A DNA stretch of 59,456 nucleotides from Candidatus Iainarchaeum sp. (lineage in GTDB: Archaea; Iainarchaeota; Iainarchaeia; JAGGVJ01), in NCBI GenBank assembly GCA_021158055.1, contig JAGGVJ010000026.1, positions 1-59,456 on the forward strand. Direction: 5' to 3'. Below the pieces are notes generated by a model. It saw only the letters and a program-made list of their open reading frames with translations. It was not told where the DNA came from and searched no databases. Made by a program: the position numbers and the translations under genes. The stretch's first letter is position 1, and the number at the start of each line of letters is the position of its first letter. Shown here in pieces: positions 16,917 through 24,828 of the stretch.

Positions 16917-17006
16917 GCAGTTGAACCGCACGCAACGGAGCATGCACCTATTTTAGGGTTCGAATCCCGCAACTGCAATCGCTTTGCCAACAGCAACCGG
17001 CAAAGC
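16917..17006 (+). repeat. tRNA-like leader element copy E7
   Basis: 5' arm GCAGTTG 16917-16923. Inner hairpin GCACGC/GCATGC. CTATTTTA box. GGGTTCGAATCCC 16956-16968. 3' arm CAACTGC 16970-16976 (perfect). Hairpin GCTTTGCC 16981-16988 / GGCAAAGC 16999-17006. It starts only 30 nt after the wHTH stop, so it is intercistronic. Confidence 0.6.
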
Positions 17007-17030
17007 AATAAAGACATCGGAGACAACATA

Positions 17031-17945
17031 ATGTCGGAAAAACGACCACCTATGAAAGCAGAATATTGCTTCAGAAGCGATATCAAACCCACCAGCACTC
17101 CACAAACGAACATAAGTCAGTACAAGCATGGAGATCAGACACTGGCAATCAACCGTGCCAGAGAAAAAGTGCAGTTAGACACGCAAAGTGTCCTGCACAT
17201 TGAAAAAATCAATGACACTTTTGTGACATGGTATGTTACACTGGGTGAACATGTTATTACAACAATGGCACCCTGGATCAGCAACACCCAAGCACAAAAA
17301 ACATTGGTCAACGGATATCTCAACGCCCAAGCATATGACATAAACGGTTGCGGGTATTTTGTATACCTCAACAAAGAGAATAACACCCTTGTTGAAACCA
17401 AATACGTGTTCAGGTTTCTCAAAAGACAAAAGAATGACACAGTCACCATAAAAGTGACAAAATTCTCAAAGCCCCACAAGGAGACAATACCAAACAGCAT
17501 TATGAAAACAAGCGAAACCATAAATGTGGTCCTGCCAAAAGCAAGGGACGAGAACCCGAATCATTTCCCGGAAAGCATACCCCTGTTTTCAAACGGCAGA
17601 CATACGATCTACCTGGCCTATAACGGCTACAACGGCCCGCATCACAAAACGTACGAATTCGGCTTGTATGTAAAGAGCACCAACGGAAGATGGGCAGCTT
17701 TCCAGGTCTTCCAAGCGTCACTCAAGAAGGATAATCCAGAGTGGAAACACTTACACACAAAACTGGAGGGGCACATAAGACTGCGGAAAGACATCCCGCA
17801 ATCGGTTAAACTCATTGCCAACAGTGCTTTGCCAGCCACCGACCGCAATACTCAGCCACTGGAACTCAATTTCCAGCTCAACAGTGCTGATGAAAGGATC
17901 GCCGCAATGACAATCTGGAATGCCAAACCAGAAAATTGCACCTGA
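17031..17945 (+). CDS. hypothetical protein, island family B
   Basis: 304-aa ORF with a GGAG RBS. It shares motifs with the next ORF: QSVLHIEKINDTFVTWYVTL vs QCILHIDKIDNDVSLLEWHVKL, and YVFRFLKRQKNDTVTIKV vs YLIKFLKDKRNRVYTKWV. Confidence 0.6.
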   Translation: MSEKRPPMKAEYCFRSDIKPTSTPQTNISQYKHGDQTLAINRAREKVQLDTQSVLHIEKINDTFVTWYVTLGEHVITTMAPWISNTQAQKTLVNGYLNAQAYDINGCGYFVYLNKENNTLVETKYVFRFLKRQKNDTVTIKVTKFSKPHKETIPNSIMKTSETINVVLPKARDENPNHFPESIPLFSNGRHTIYLAYNGYNGPHHKTYEFGLYVKSTNGRWAAFQVFQASLKKDNPEWKHLHTKLEGHIRLRKDIPQSVKLIANSALPATDRNTQPLELNFQLNSADERIAAMTIWNAKPENCT

Positions 17946-17969
17946 TCAAGAATGACAAGGACAGGATAA

Positions 17970-18392
17970 ATGCCGGAAAAAGGGCGCACTGGCCCAACAG
18001 AAGGAAATCCGGGAAGAAAACTGCACAGCGAAAGCAACATCCAATCCTGCGACACCGTACCAAGACACTCAGTACGGCTAAAAACAGGAAAGCGAATACC
18101 ACTTGACAATCAAAATCAATGCATCCTGCACATTGACAAGATTGACAACGATGTTTCTCTATTGGAATGGCATGTCAAACTGGATAAAGTGACAAACCCA
18201 CCAGTAATCATTGATGCTGCAGCATACAGCATAGCTGGCAAAGGGCACTTTAAATGCCTTCTCAAAGCGAATGACGACAGCATTCACACCATCCAGGTTA
18301 CTTATCTGATTAAGTTCCTGAAAGACAAAAGAAACAGAGTTTACACAAAGTGGGTAAAAACCGTACTCTGGTGGACCAGCGACAATCCGTGA
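17970..18392 (+). CDS. hypothetical protein, island family B (shorter paralog)
   Basis: 140-aa ORF with local similarity to 17031-17945, followed by element T3. Confidence 0.5.
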   Translation: MPEKGRTGPTEGNPGRKLHSESNIQSCDTVPRHSVRLKTGKRIPLDNQNQCILHIDKIDNDVSLLEWHVKLDKVTNPPVIIDAAAYSIAGKGHFKCLLKANDDSIHTIQVTYLIKFLKDKRNRVYTKWVKTVLWWTSDNP

Positions 18393-18445
18393 CAAAGAAA
18401 CCAGCAACCGGTTTTGAACAGATCGGTTTCGCGAACGTAACTTAA

Positions 18446-18488
18446 GCTTCCTTTAATTTTTGGGAAGCACCCCTTCTTTTTTTCTTTT
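18446..18488 (+). terminator. conserved cassette 3' hairpin + T-run element, copy T3
   Basis: Stem GCTTCC 18446-18451 / GGAAGC 18463-18468 with loop TTTAATTTTTG, then CACCCCTTC and a T-run. Same family as T1/T2. Confidence 0.55.
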
Positions 18489-18558
18489 GCCCTATACCAA
18501 GACAAGGAAACCAGCAACAGATTGAGATTGACTGAATCCGGATTCATTTAAATAAACC

Positions 18559-18606
18559 TTTTTTTTGGCAAAAATAAAAAAGGAAAAACATTATTTCCAT
18601 TAAAAC
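18559..18606 (+). repeat. ~48-bp direct repeat, left copy (flanks the HerA-like module)
   Basis: TTTTTTTTGGCAAAAATAAAAAAGGAAAAACATTATTTCCATTAAAAC versus 22175-22222 TTTTTTTTGGAAAAAAAATAAAAAGGAAAAACTTTATTTCCCTTAAAGA. Roughly 85-90 percent identical by eye. Confidence 0.6.
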
Positions 18607-18917
18607 AACATCAACAACCCTTATGATGCACACAATTTACCTGGACACACGTCCAGGCACCGGCACACAGACTCAAACATACAGTTATGTATTTATATGC
18701 GTTCAGTTACAATTAATTTGAAGTCATTTGTTTGTTCATCTTCAAGATATGACTAGTTACCTACAAAGTACTACATTATATAAACATATTATACAAACAA
18801 ACAGCTTGACCAAAAATATAAAAATTCCGGATTACACATAAAGATTGATGAATCTTTTTTGCAAATGTTTATATATGTTAATTGTTTAATATAGTCAACA
18901 GTTTAACCGTGAAACAG

Positions 18918-19073
18918 ATGGAAAGAAAAAAAACAGAAGAAGAAGTTGTGTATGACAGCAAAATCAAAACTGTTGAAGAATGTTTGTACTACCCTGACAC
19001 AGGTAAAACAATCATGAAATTCAAGTATTACAAAAACGGTAAAAAAATAGGTGAAAAAACAATTGAACTATAA
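18918..19073 (+). CDS. small hypothetical protein (51 aa)
   Basis: In-frame ATG within the track ORF 18882-19073, which starts at a TTG. Sequence MERKKTEEEVVYDSKIKTVEECLYYPDTGKTIMKFKYYKNGKKIGEKTIEL. It follows a ~300-bp AT-rich promoter-like region. Confidence 0.35.
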   Translation: MERKKTEEEVVYDSKIKTVEECLYYPDTGKTIMKFKYYKNGKKIGEKTIEL

Positions 19074-19084
19074 GAGGTGAGGAA

Positions 19085-19522
19085 ATGGCAATAGAAGAAC
19101 TATACTTACTGGGTGGAGGCGCGTTATTGTTATTGGGAATATCTTATTATTACATCAAATCAAAATCAGCCAACAAGTCAAAAGCAGATCCTCTTGTGAT
19201 ACAGTTTTACACTGAAAACGAAGACAAAATCGTCAAAACAATGGATGGCCTCAACTGTATTACAAAAAGGAACTACGGGCAAAAACTCTCCCCTGAAATA
19301 GAAGAACACCCGACCGTTTCCTCAATCGCGAGAATGATGGCAGAAAGCATAAACAGCCAGGCCGGAGACAACTCATTAAAGGCGTTCCAGATTCTTGAAG
19401 AAAACAAACCGAGAACACTTGCCCAGACAGAAGCACTGAAAACCTACTTCAAGACAAAGGAAAAATACTACGAAGCCCTTGCAAAAAACGGAGTGGTAGT
19501 CAACCCCGACCAGGAACTTTAA
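19085..19522 (+). CDS. single-pass membrane-anchored protein, unknown function
   Basis: 145-aa ORF with a GAGGTGAGG RBS and the N-terminal hydrophobic helix LYLLGGGALLLLGISYYYI. Confidence 0.55.
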   Translation: MAIEELYLLGGGALLLLGISYYYIKSKSANKSKADPLVIQFYTENEDKIVKTMDGLNCITKRNYGQKLSPEIEEHPTVSSIARMMAESINSQAGDNSLKAFQILEENKPRTLAQTEALKTYFKTKEKYYEALAKNGVVVNPDQEL

Positions 19523-19534
19523 ACGTGAAGCAAA

Positions 19535-22153
19535 ATGCTCGGAATCAACTTTCACGAAGACATCGTCACTTTCCCAATATGGAGTTCCGGGGAAAAAACA
19601 ATCCGACTGCTTAGCCGCGGCATCAAATACTTCAAAATAAAAAGCATTGCAAACGAGCACAGCGACCTGATTCAAAGCGTAAGCAAATTCAAAAACGCGT
19701 CTTTTGGAATAATTGTCAACAAAACAGAAAAAAAATTTGATTCCTACTTGTTTACTGCGGGAAACGTAACAAACAATAATCAAATGCCTGAAAAAATAAA
19801 GACAAACCTTCACATTTACGAGCAGACATTCATTTCAACACTCAAGGGATTTGACCTTGAACCGGTAAAAGACACGGAAATCAAAGACGTTTTTTTCGCA
19901 CCGCTTGGCGGAACACCCTCGTCAATCGATATAAAAAAAGAAGTCATTGTTGAATCAGGCACAGACAAATTCAAAATAATGGCAGGAAAACTTGAATTCA
20001 CAGAAACATTCCAGGAAACCGAACACATTTTAATGGAAGAAAAACTAAACGATTTTTTTGACAACATAGTTCCACTTGACATAAACTTTTCTTACATCGG
20101 AAGCGTAAGCCCGTGCGAAGACGGGTTCAAGTTCACAGCCTACCTAATCGTCAGGAAAAAAATAGACTCAACAGACGACAACTCAATAGTCTCTGACAAG
20201 CTTTCCCTTGTGAAAATGCTCAAAAACTCCTTCGGCTCAGAAAACGTAACATTCAAACTCAACACAAAAAAGTACCTTGAAGAAGCACTTTACACCCTGA
20301 CAAACACCGACACGGTTATCTCAAAAGACCACGCAAAAAACCTGCTGATTCTCCCCGGCTTCATCAAAGAACGCGGATCCGACCACTTCAAATCAATCGG
20401 GGAAAAAGAAACGCAAGGAGACATTCCTATCGGGCACATCCTTTCAAACGGCAAAAGAGTGCATGAATTCGGACTCAACCCCTCTGAATTACTGCGCCAC
20501 ACCTACATTTGCGGAAGCAGCGGTTCAGGAAAGACAATCGCCTGCAAGCACATTGTAATGAACGCAATAAACGCCGGATACAAAGTACTGCTGCTGGACT
20601 TAAGCAAAAGAAGCTACCGTGACTTAATCAACATGGGTTACGATTTCAAGACATTCACGCCCGGAAGAAGCGTCGCGCCTTTTCAGACAAATTTTTTGAG
20701 CCCGCCGACAGGAGTGGAACCCGCAGAATGGGCAAAAGCATGGGCAGACGTCTTCACCGAGTCATGGGGAATCGGTGAAGGAGGCCACTCAATAGTATTG
20801 AACCTGATAAAAGACCTCTACGAATCAAGAGGAATATTTAACGGAAGCACAGATTACCCAAACATACTTGACTTCAAAAAAGCAATTGAAGCATATGAAA
20901 AAATACTCGAGGGCCGTGAATCAGAATGGACAAAATCAGTCAAAAGAGCAGTGAACGTGTTAACATTCAAGTCAAGCAGTGAAATGTACAGCCACGAAGG
21001 CTACCCGCTTGAAAAACTGCTTAATCAAAACACGCTGATGGAGCTTGACTCGCTTGGAGAATACGAAAAAAGATACTTTGTAAACAACCTGTTGTTCTGG
21101 ATATACAAATACCTCCTCAACAAAGAAAAAACAGATAAACTGCGCCTGCTTGTGGTCATAGAAGAAGCGCACAACATCTTCAACCAGAAAAACTTAATGG
21201 ACAAAGAATCCATTCTCGACCAGCTTTTCAGGCAGATCCGCGAACTCGGGGTAGGGTTTATCACAATTGACCAGTCGCCTGCAAAATTCAGCAAAGTGGT
21301 CCTGGAAAACACATATACCAAAATAGCGCTCACCCTCTCTTACCGCGACAACATTGACGTGGTTGCAAAATCCATGGGGTTCTCAAGAGAACAAACCGAC
21401 CTTTTAAACAAACTGGACATAAGCGAAGCAATCGTAAACCTTTCAGGGCGCATAATCAACCCGTTCCTCATAAGCATCGACAACATTGAATCACACACCA
21501 TAAACGACGAATTTATCGCAAGAAAATTCAAATTCGACGGGCTTGACAAATACTTACAACTCGACAAGGCAAACGAAAAAATGGAAAAAATTCCCAGCAC
21601 TGAAGCAAAAATCCACTCAAGCCTGAAAGACATCTTGTTTGACCCCCACCACCTCGCAATAGTCAAGAAAAAAATATCAAAAATGACCCCTGAAATGAAC
21701 AATGTTTTCACGGCAGTCGGAAACGGAGAAGTGCTAACTGAAAAAGACAACATGAAAACAGGCATTTCAAAAGACGACTTTTCAGCCGCCTTGACACAAC
21801 TCATAAACCTTGGATTTGTAAGATTCAAAAAAACAAATGCAAACAACTTCATTTACTTCCTTGCACCCGAAGGCGAAGCAGCTTACGGCGTGCTGTTTGG
21901 CATGAAACTCTACGAAGAGGAAATTCTAGTGCAGGCAGAAGGAGAAATGAAACAAAAAATAGACCTATCACGCCTAAATCATACACTGAAAGAACTTGCA
22001 TTAAATAAAAAAGAAATCTGGATATTTGCAGACGACGCAAACCTGTCAAACCGGGCAATCCAGGAAGCGGCAAAATTCAACTTCAACGAAAACATAGAAC
22101 TGGAAATAAACATACAATGCAATGACGTGCACAGGAATTTCCTGTTCAAATAA
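19535..22153 (+). CDS. HerA/FtsK-superfamily (DUF87-like) P-loop ATPase with C-terminal winged-helix-like region
   Basis: 872 aa. Walker A ICGSSGSGKTIACKH. Walker B LRLLVVIEEAHNIF. GFITIDQSP motif typical of HerA/DUF87 ATPases. Large unrecognised N-terminal domain (~320 aa). C-terminal GISKDDFSAALTQLINLGFVRFKK is wHTH-like. Confidence 0.65.
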   Translation: MLGINFHEDIVTFPIWSSGEKTIRLLSRGIKYFKIKSIANEHSDLIQSVSKFKNASFGIIVNKTEKKFDSYLFTAGNVTNNNQMPEKIKTNLHIYEQTFISTLKGFDLEPVKDTEIKDVFFAPLGGTPSSIDIKKEVIVESGTDKFKIMAGKLEFTETFQETEHILMEEKLNDFFDNIVPLDINFSYIGSVSPCEDGFKFTAYLIVRKKIDSTDDNSIVSDKLSLVKMLKNSFGSENVTFKLNTKKYLEEALYTLTNTDTVISKDHAKNLLILPGFIKERGSDHFKSIGEKETQGDIPIGHILSNGKRVHEFGLNPSELLRHTYICGSSGSGKTIACKHIVMNAINAGYKVLLLDLSKRSYRDLINMGYDFKTFTPGRSVAPFQTNFLSPPTGVEPAEWAKAWADVFTESWGIGEGGHSIVLNLIKDLYESRGIFNGSTDYPNILDFKKAIEAYEKILEGRESEWTKSVKRAVNVLTFKSSSEMYSHEGYPLEKLLNQNTLMELDSLGEYEKRYFVNNLLFWIYKYLLNKEKTDKLRLLVVIEEAHNIFNQKNLMDKESILDQLFRQIRELGVGFITIDQSPAKFSKVVLENTYTKIALTLSYRDNIDVVAKSMGFSREQTDLLNKLDISEAIVNLSGRIINPFLISIDNIESHTINDEFIARKFKFDGLDKYLQLDKANEKMEKIPSTEAKIHSSLKDILFDPHHLAIVKKKISKMTPEMNNVFTAVGNGEVLTEKDNMKTGISKDDFSAALTQLINLGFVRFKKTNANNFIYFLAPEGEAAYGVLFGMKLYEEEILVQAEGEMKQKIDLSRLNHTLKELALNKKEIWIFADDANLSNRAIQEAAKFNFNENIELEINIQCNDVHRNFLFK

Positions 22154-22174
22154 CTGTTATCAGGTCAATGGTGC

Positions 22175-22222
22175 TTTTTTTTGGAAAAAAAATAAAAAGG
22201 AAAAACTTTATTTCCCTTAAAG
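22175..22222 (+). repeat. ~48-bp direct repeat, right copy (island/core junction)
   Basis: See 18559-18606. It is immediately followed by a 14-bp duplication GTTAAACAAAATTC (22228-22241 and 22249-22262) and then by the stop of the minus-strand idi gene. Confidence 0.6.
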
Positions 22223-22265
22223 AAAAAGTTAAACAAAATTCGGTTAACGTTAAACAAAATTCAGC

Positions 22266-23345
22266 TTAATCAGCCACTCTTCTTCTGGAATCAGCATATT
22301 TCGCCGGATTTATTCCCCTTGCTTTCATTTGCTGCGCCAGTTTTCCTGTTATGATTATTTTTGATTTTTGCAGTTCTGTTATGTCTTGTGCGCCTGCGCA
22401 GTACATGGCTATTTTGAGTGTTTTTTCAAATGAGTCAACGAGTTGTTCAAGTGATTTTTCTCCCTTGGTTGCTGCGTGCAATACCGGCAGTGCCATGCCG
22501 CATGTCGTCGCGCCGAGTGCTATTGCCTTTGCGCCGTCGAGTCCCGTGCGTATTCCGCCTGTTGCAATTACAGGAAGGTTTGTTTCTGCGCATTCTGCAA
22601 CACTCAAGGAGGTTGGAATTCCCCATTCCCTGAACAAACTCAATGATTCAGAGTCGTTTCTTCTAAGACCTTCAATTGCTGTCCATGAAGTTCCCCCCGA
22701 ACCCCCGACATCTATTCCATTTATGTCAGCCTCTTCTTTTAACCTGAACGCTGTTTCTCTTGAGATCCCTTCCCCGACCTGTTTTGCAATAACCGGAAAA
22801 CCACTGCCGCAAACTGTTTTTATTGCGTCGAGCACTCCTGAAAAGTTTGTGTCCCCCTCGGGCTGAACCGCTTCCTGCAACGGGTTCAGGTGAACACACA
22901 AGCCGTCTGCTCCTATTTTTGAAATCGCGTCGGTTATTGCTTCTTTGGAGTATTCTTTGAGCTGAAACGCGCCAATATTCCCAAATAAAGGCACTGTCGG
23001 TGCAACATCGCGCACCGCGTATGTATAAGTTACTGAGTCATCTTCTATCATTGCGCGCTGGGAGCCAATCCCAATCGGAATCCCTTTTTTTTCCGCAACG
23101 CTTGCAATTGTCCTGTTTATTTTGAGACTATCCTTGTGACCTCCGGTTATTGCCGTAAACATCAACGGAAGATTGATTTTTTTTCCGAAAAAATCAAGTG
23201 AAGTGTTTATTTTGTCCAGGTCAATTTCGGGAAGCGACTCGTGCACAAATTCAATGTCTTCAAAGCCGGTCGCGGTTTTTTTAAACTCAACGTCTTTGTT
23301 GAGGCATATTTCTATGTGGCTTAGCTTTCTTTTTTGCGTGCTCAT
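22266..23345 (-). CDS. fni: isopentenyl-diphosphate delta-isomerase, type 2 (FMN-dependent)
   Basis: 359 aa with TIM-barrel IDI-2 hallmarks: HIEICL..., FMN-binding GG.GGTSW-like DVGGSGGTSWTAIE, ATGGIRTGLD. Confidence 0.9.
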   Translation of the reverse strand: MSTQKRKLSHIEICLNKDVEFKKTATGFEDIEFVHESLPEIDLDKINTSLDFFGKKINLPLMFTAITGGHKDSLKINRTIASVAEKKGIPIGIGSQRAMIEDDSVTYTYAVRDVAPTVPLFGNIGAFQLKEYSKEAITDAISKIGADGLCVHLNPLQEAVQPEGDTNFSGVLDAIKTVCGSGFPVIAKQVGEGISRETAFRLKEEADINGIDVGGSGGTSWTAIEGLRRNDSESLSLFREWGIPTSLSVAECAETNLPVIATGGIRTGLDGAKAIALGATTCGMALPVLHAATKGEKSLEQLVDSFEKTLKIAMYCAGAQDITELQKSKIIITGKLAQQMKARGINPAKYADSRRRVAD

Positions 23346-23411
23346 CTTTTCACTTCCTACTATTCCTTACTAACCATGCCCCTGCTATCCATTACCCCTG
23401 GTTTGTTGCCC

Positions 23412-24236
23412 TTAAGTAATTATGTGTGTCCCGTATGCCCTGCCTGTTACAAGCACGTCTTCAAGGCGCTTTGGGTGCGAGCCGTTTATAACATGCATGT
23501 CAAGGCCTGAGTCAAAGTACTCAAGTATGCGTTTTATTTTCCCTTTCATTCCGCCTGTCACATCAGTTGAGTTAGAGCCTGAAAGGCATTGGAAAACCGA
23601 TTCTATATTTTTCAGGTTTATTTCTTCTATCATTTTTGCACCCGCGTTAATAAACGGGTTCCCTGTGAATACCCCGTCCACATTACTTACGTAAACAAGC
23701 TTTCCTGTGCCAAGCTTTTTTGCAATGTACGGCACTATCACATCACCGGATATCACTGACCCCTTGAGTTGCGAGTCGTAGACCATGTCACCGTACAACA
23801 CGGGAATAAACCCCTCGTCAAAAAGATTAAACACTTGCGTTCCGTGAAATGATGTTATTTGCTTTGATTTTTGCTCTATTATGCTTATCGGCGCCATCAT
23901 GACTGCGGGCAAATTATTTTCAATGAGGGAATCACACACTATTGTGCTCAGTTTTGAAACTGAATTGTGGGTTATTGCCATTCCCATAAAGTCCTTTTTT
24001 GAAGAAATGCCATTGTTTATGTCATACTTTGTTACCGGGGCGTGGCCAAACGAACCTACGCCGTGCACAATCACCAACTTGAAATTTTTTCGCTTTCTTG
24101 CGTCTGCAATCGCCTTTGAAATCACGCTGATTGCATCCTTGTTTACTTCCATGTACCCTGATTTGTTTGTAATTGCGCTTCCGCCGATTTTCACAACAAC
24201 TAAATCGGAAGCGTTTTGTTTGTCTTCAGTATTCAA
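23412..24236 (-). CDS. ipk: isopentenyl phosphate kinase
   Basis: Amino-acid-kinase fold motifs VVKIGGSAITNK and IVHGVGSFGH. Located within the mevalonate cluster. Confidence 0.85.
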   Translation of the reverse strand: MNTEDKQNASDLVVVKIGGSAITNKSGYMEVNKDAISVISKAIADARKRKNFKLVIVHGVGSFGHAPVTKYDINNGISSKKDFMGMAITHNSVSKLSTIVCDSLIENNLPAVMMAPISIIEQKSKQITSFHGTQVFNLFDEGFIPVLYGDMVYDSQLKGSVISGDVIVPYIAKKLGTGKLVYVSNVDGVFTGNPFINAGAKMIEEINLKNIESVFQCLSGSNSTDVTGGMKGKIKRILEYFDSGLDMHVINGSHPKRLEDVLVTGRAYGTHIIT

Positions 24237-24803
24237 TTAATCACCTGTGTTTTTCCATCTTTTGTAGATGTCATTTTTTATTTCAAGACAGTCAAGTATT
24301 TTGCCGACCACAAAATTTGTGATATCATCAACGCTTTTGGGATTTGTGTAAAATCCGGGCACGGGCGGAAGAATTATCGCCCCTGCGCGACTGCATTTAA
24401 GCATGTTTTCTATTTGAATCTGGTCAAGCGGGGTTTCGCGCGGCACAATCACAAGCGGTTTTTTGCACCTCATGAATATGTGAGCGCATCTTGTAATAAG
24501 GTTATTTTCAAACCCGTGTGCAATCGAGGAAAGCGTTTTCATTGAACACGGCACTACAACCATCGCGTCGCAAAGGTTTGAGCTGCTTGACACGGTTGCA
24601 TCCATTTGTTTTTCAGAGTAGTTGAAGTTTCCTTTCATGGACTTGGCAGAATCGCCTTTTATTTCAATGGCAGTGACTTTTTTCGCGGACTCACTCAGTA
24701 TGACATGCACTTCGCATGTCTTTTTAAGCTCGTCAATGAGTTTTTTTGCAAGGACTACTCCGCTTGCTCCTGTTACCCCGACTATTATTTTCATTTTTTT
24801 CAC
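24237..24803 (-). CDS. ubiX: UbiX-type flavin prenyltransferase (prFMN synthase)
   Basis: MKIIVGVTGASGVVLAKKLIDEL... flavoprotein fold. Adjacent to the UbiD-family gene cluster. Confidence 0.85.
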   Translation of the reverse strand: MKKMKIIVGVTGASGVVLAKKLIDELKKTCEVHVILSESAKKVTAIEIKGDSAKSMKGNFNYSEKQMDATVSSSSNLCDAMVVVPCSMKTLSSIAHGFENNLITRCAHIFMRCKKPLVIVPRETPLDQIQIENMLKCSRAGAIILPPVPGFYTNPKSVDDITNFVVGKILDCLEIKNDIYKRWKNTGD

Positions 24804-24828
24804 TTGCCGACTTATTTACCTGCAGTAT

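Noticed and set aside
4845-17006. The seven E elements read as ordinary tRNA genes, or as duplicated tRNA 3'-end att sites left by tandem integrations
   Set aside because: They are only about 61-65 nt from arm to arm, have no anticodon arm (the inner hairpin loop varies from 3 to 7 nt) and have only a 3-4 bp T-stem, so they are not functional tRNA genes. att duplications would be near-identical copies of one tRNA 3' half. Here both arms vary, partly in a compensatory way, and non-tRNA flanking hairpins are co-conserved. No integrase is present.
4845-17006. The E elements read as integron attC sites (GTTGAAC in GCAGTTGAAC fits the GTTRRRY core)
   Set aside because: The GTTRRRY-like heptamer exists only in the E5-E7 subfamily and sits at the 5' rather than the 3' end of the element. 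There is no matching RYYYAAC partner in the right order, and no IntI-type tyrosine recombinase in the window.
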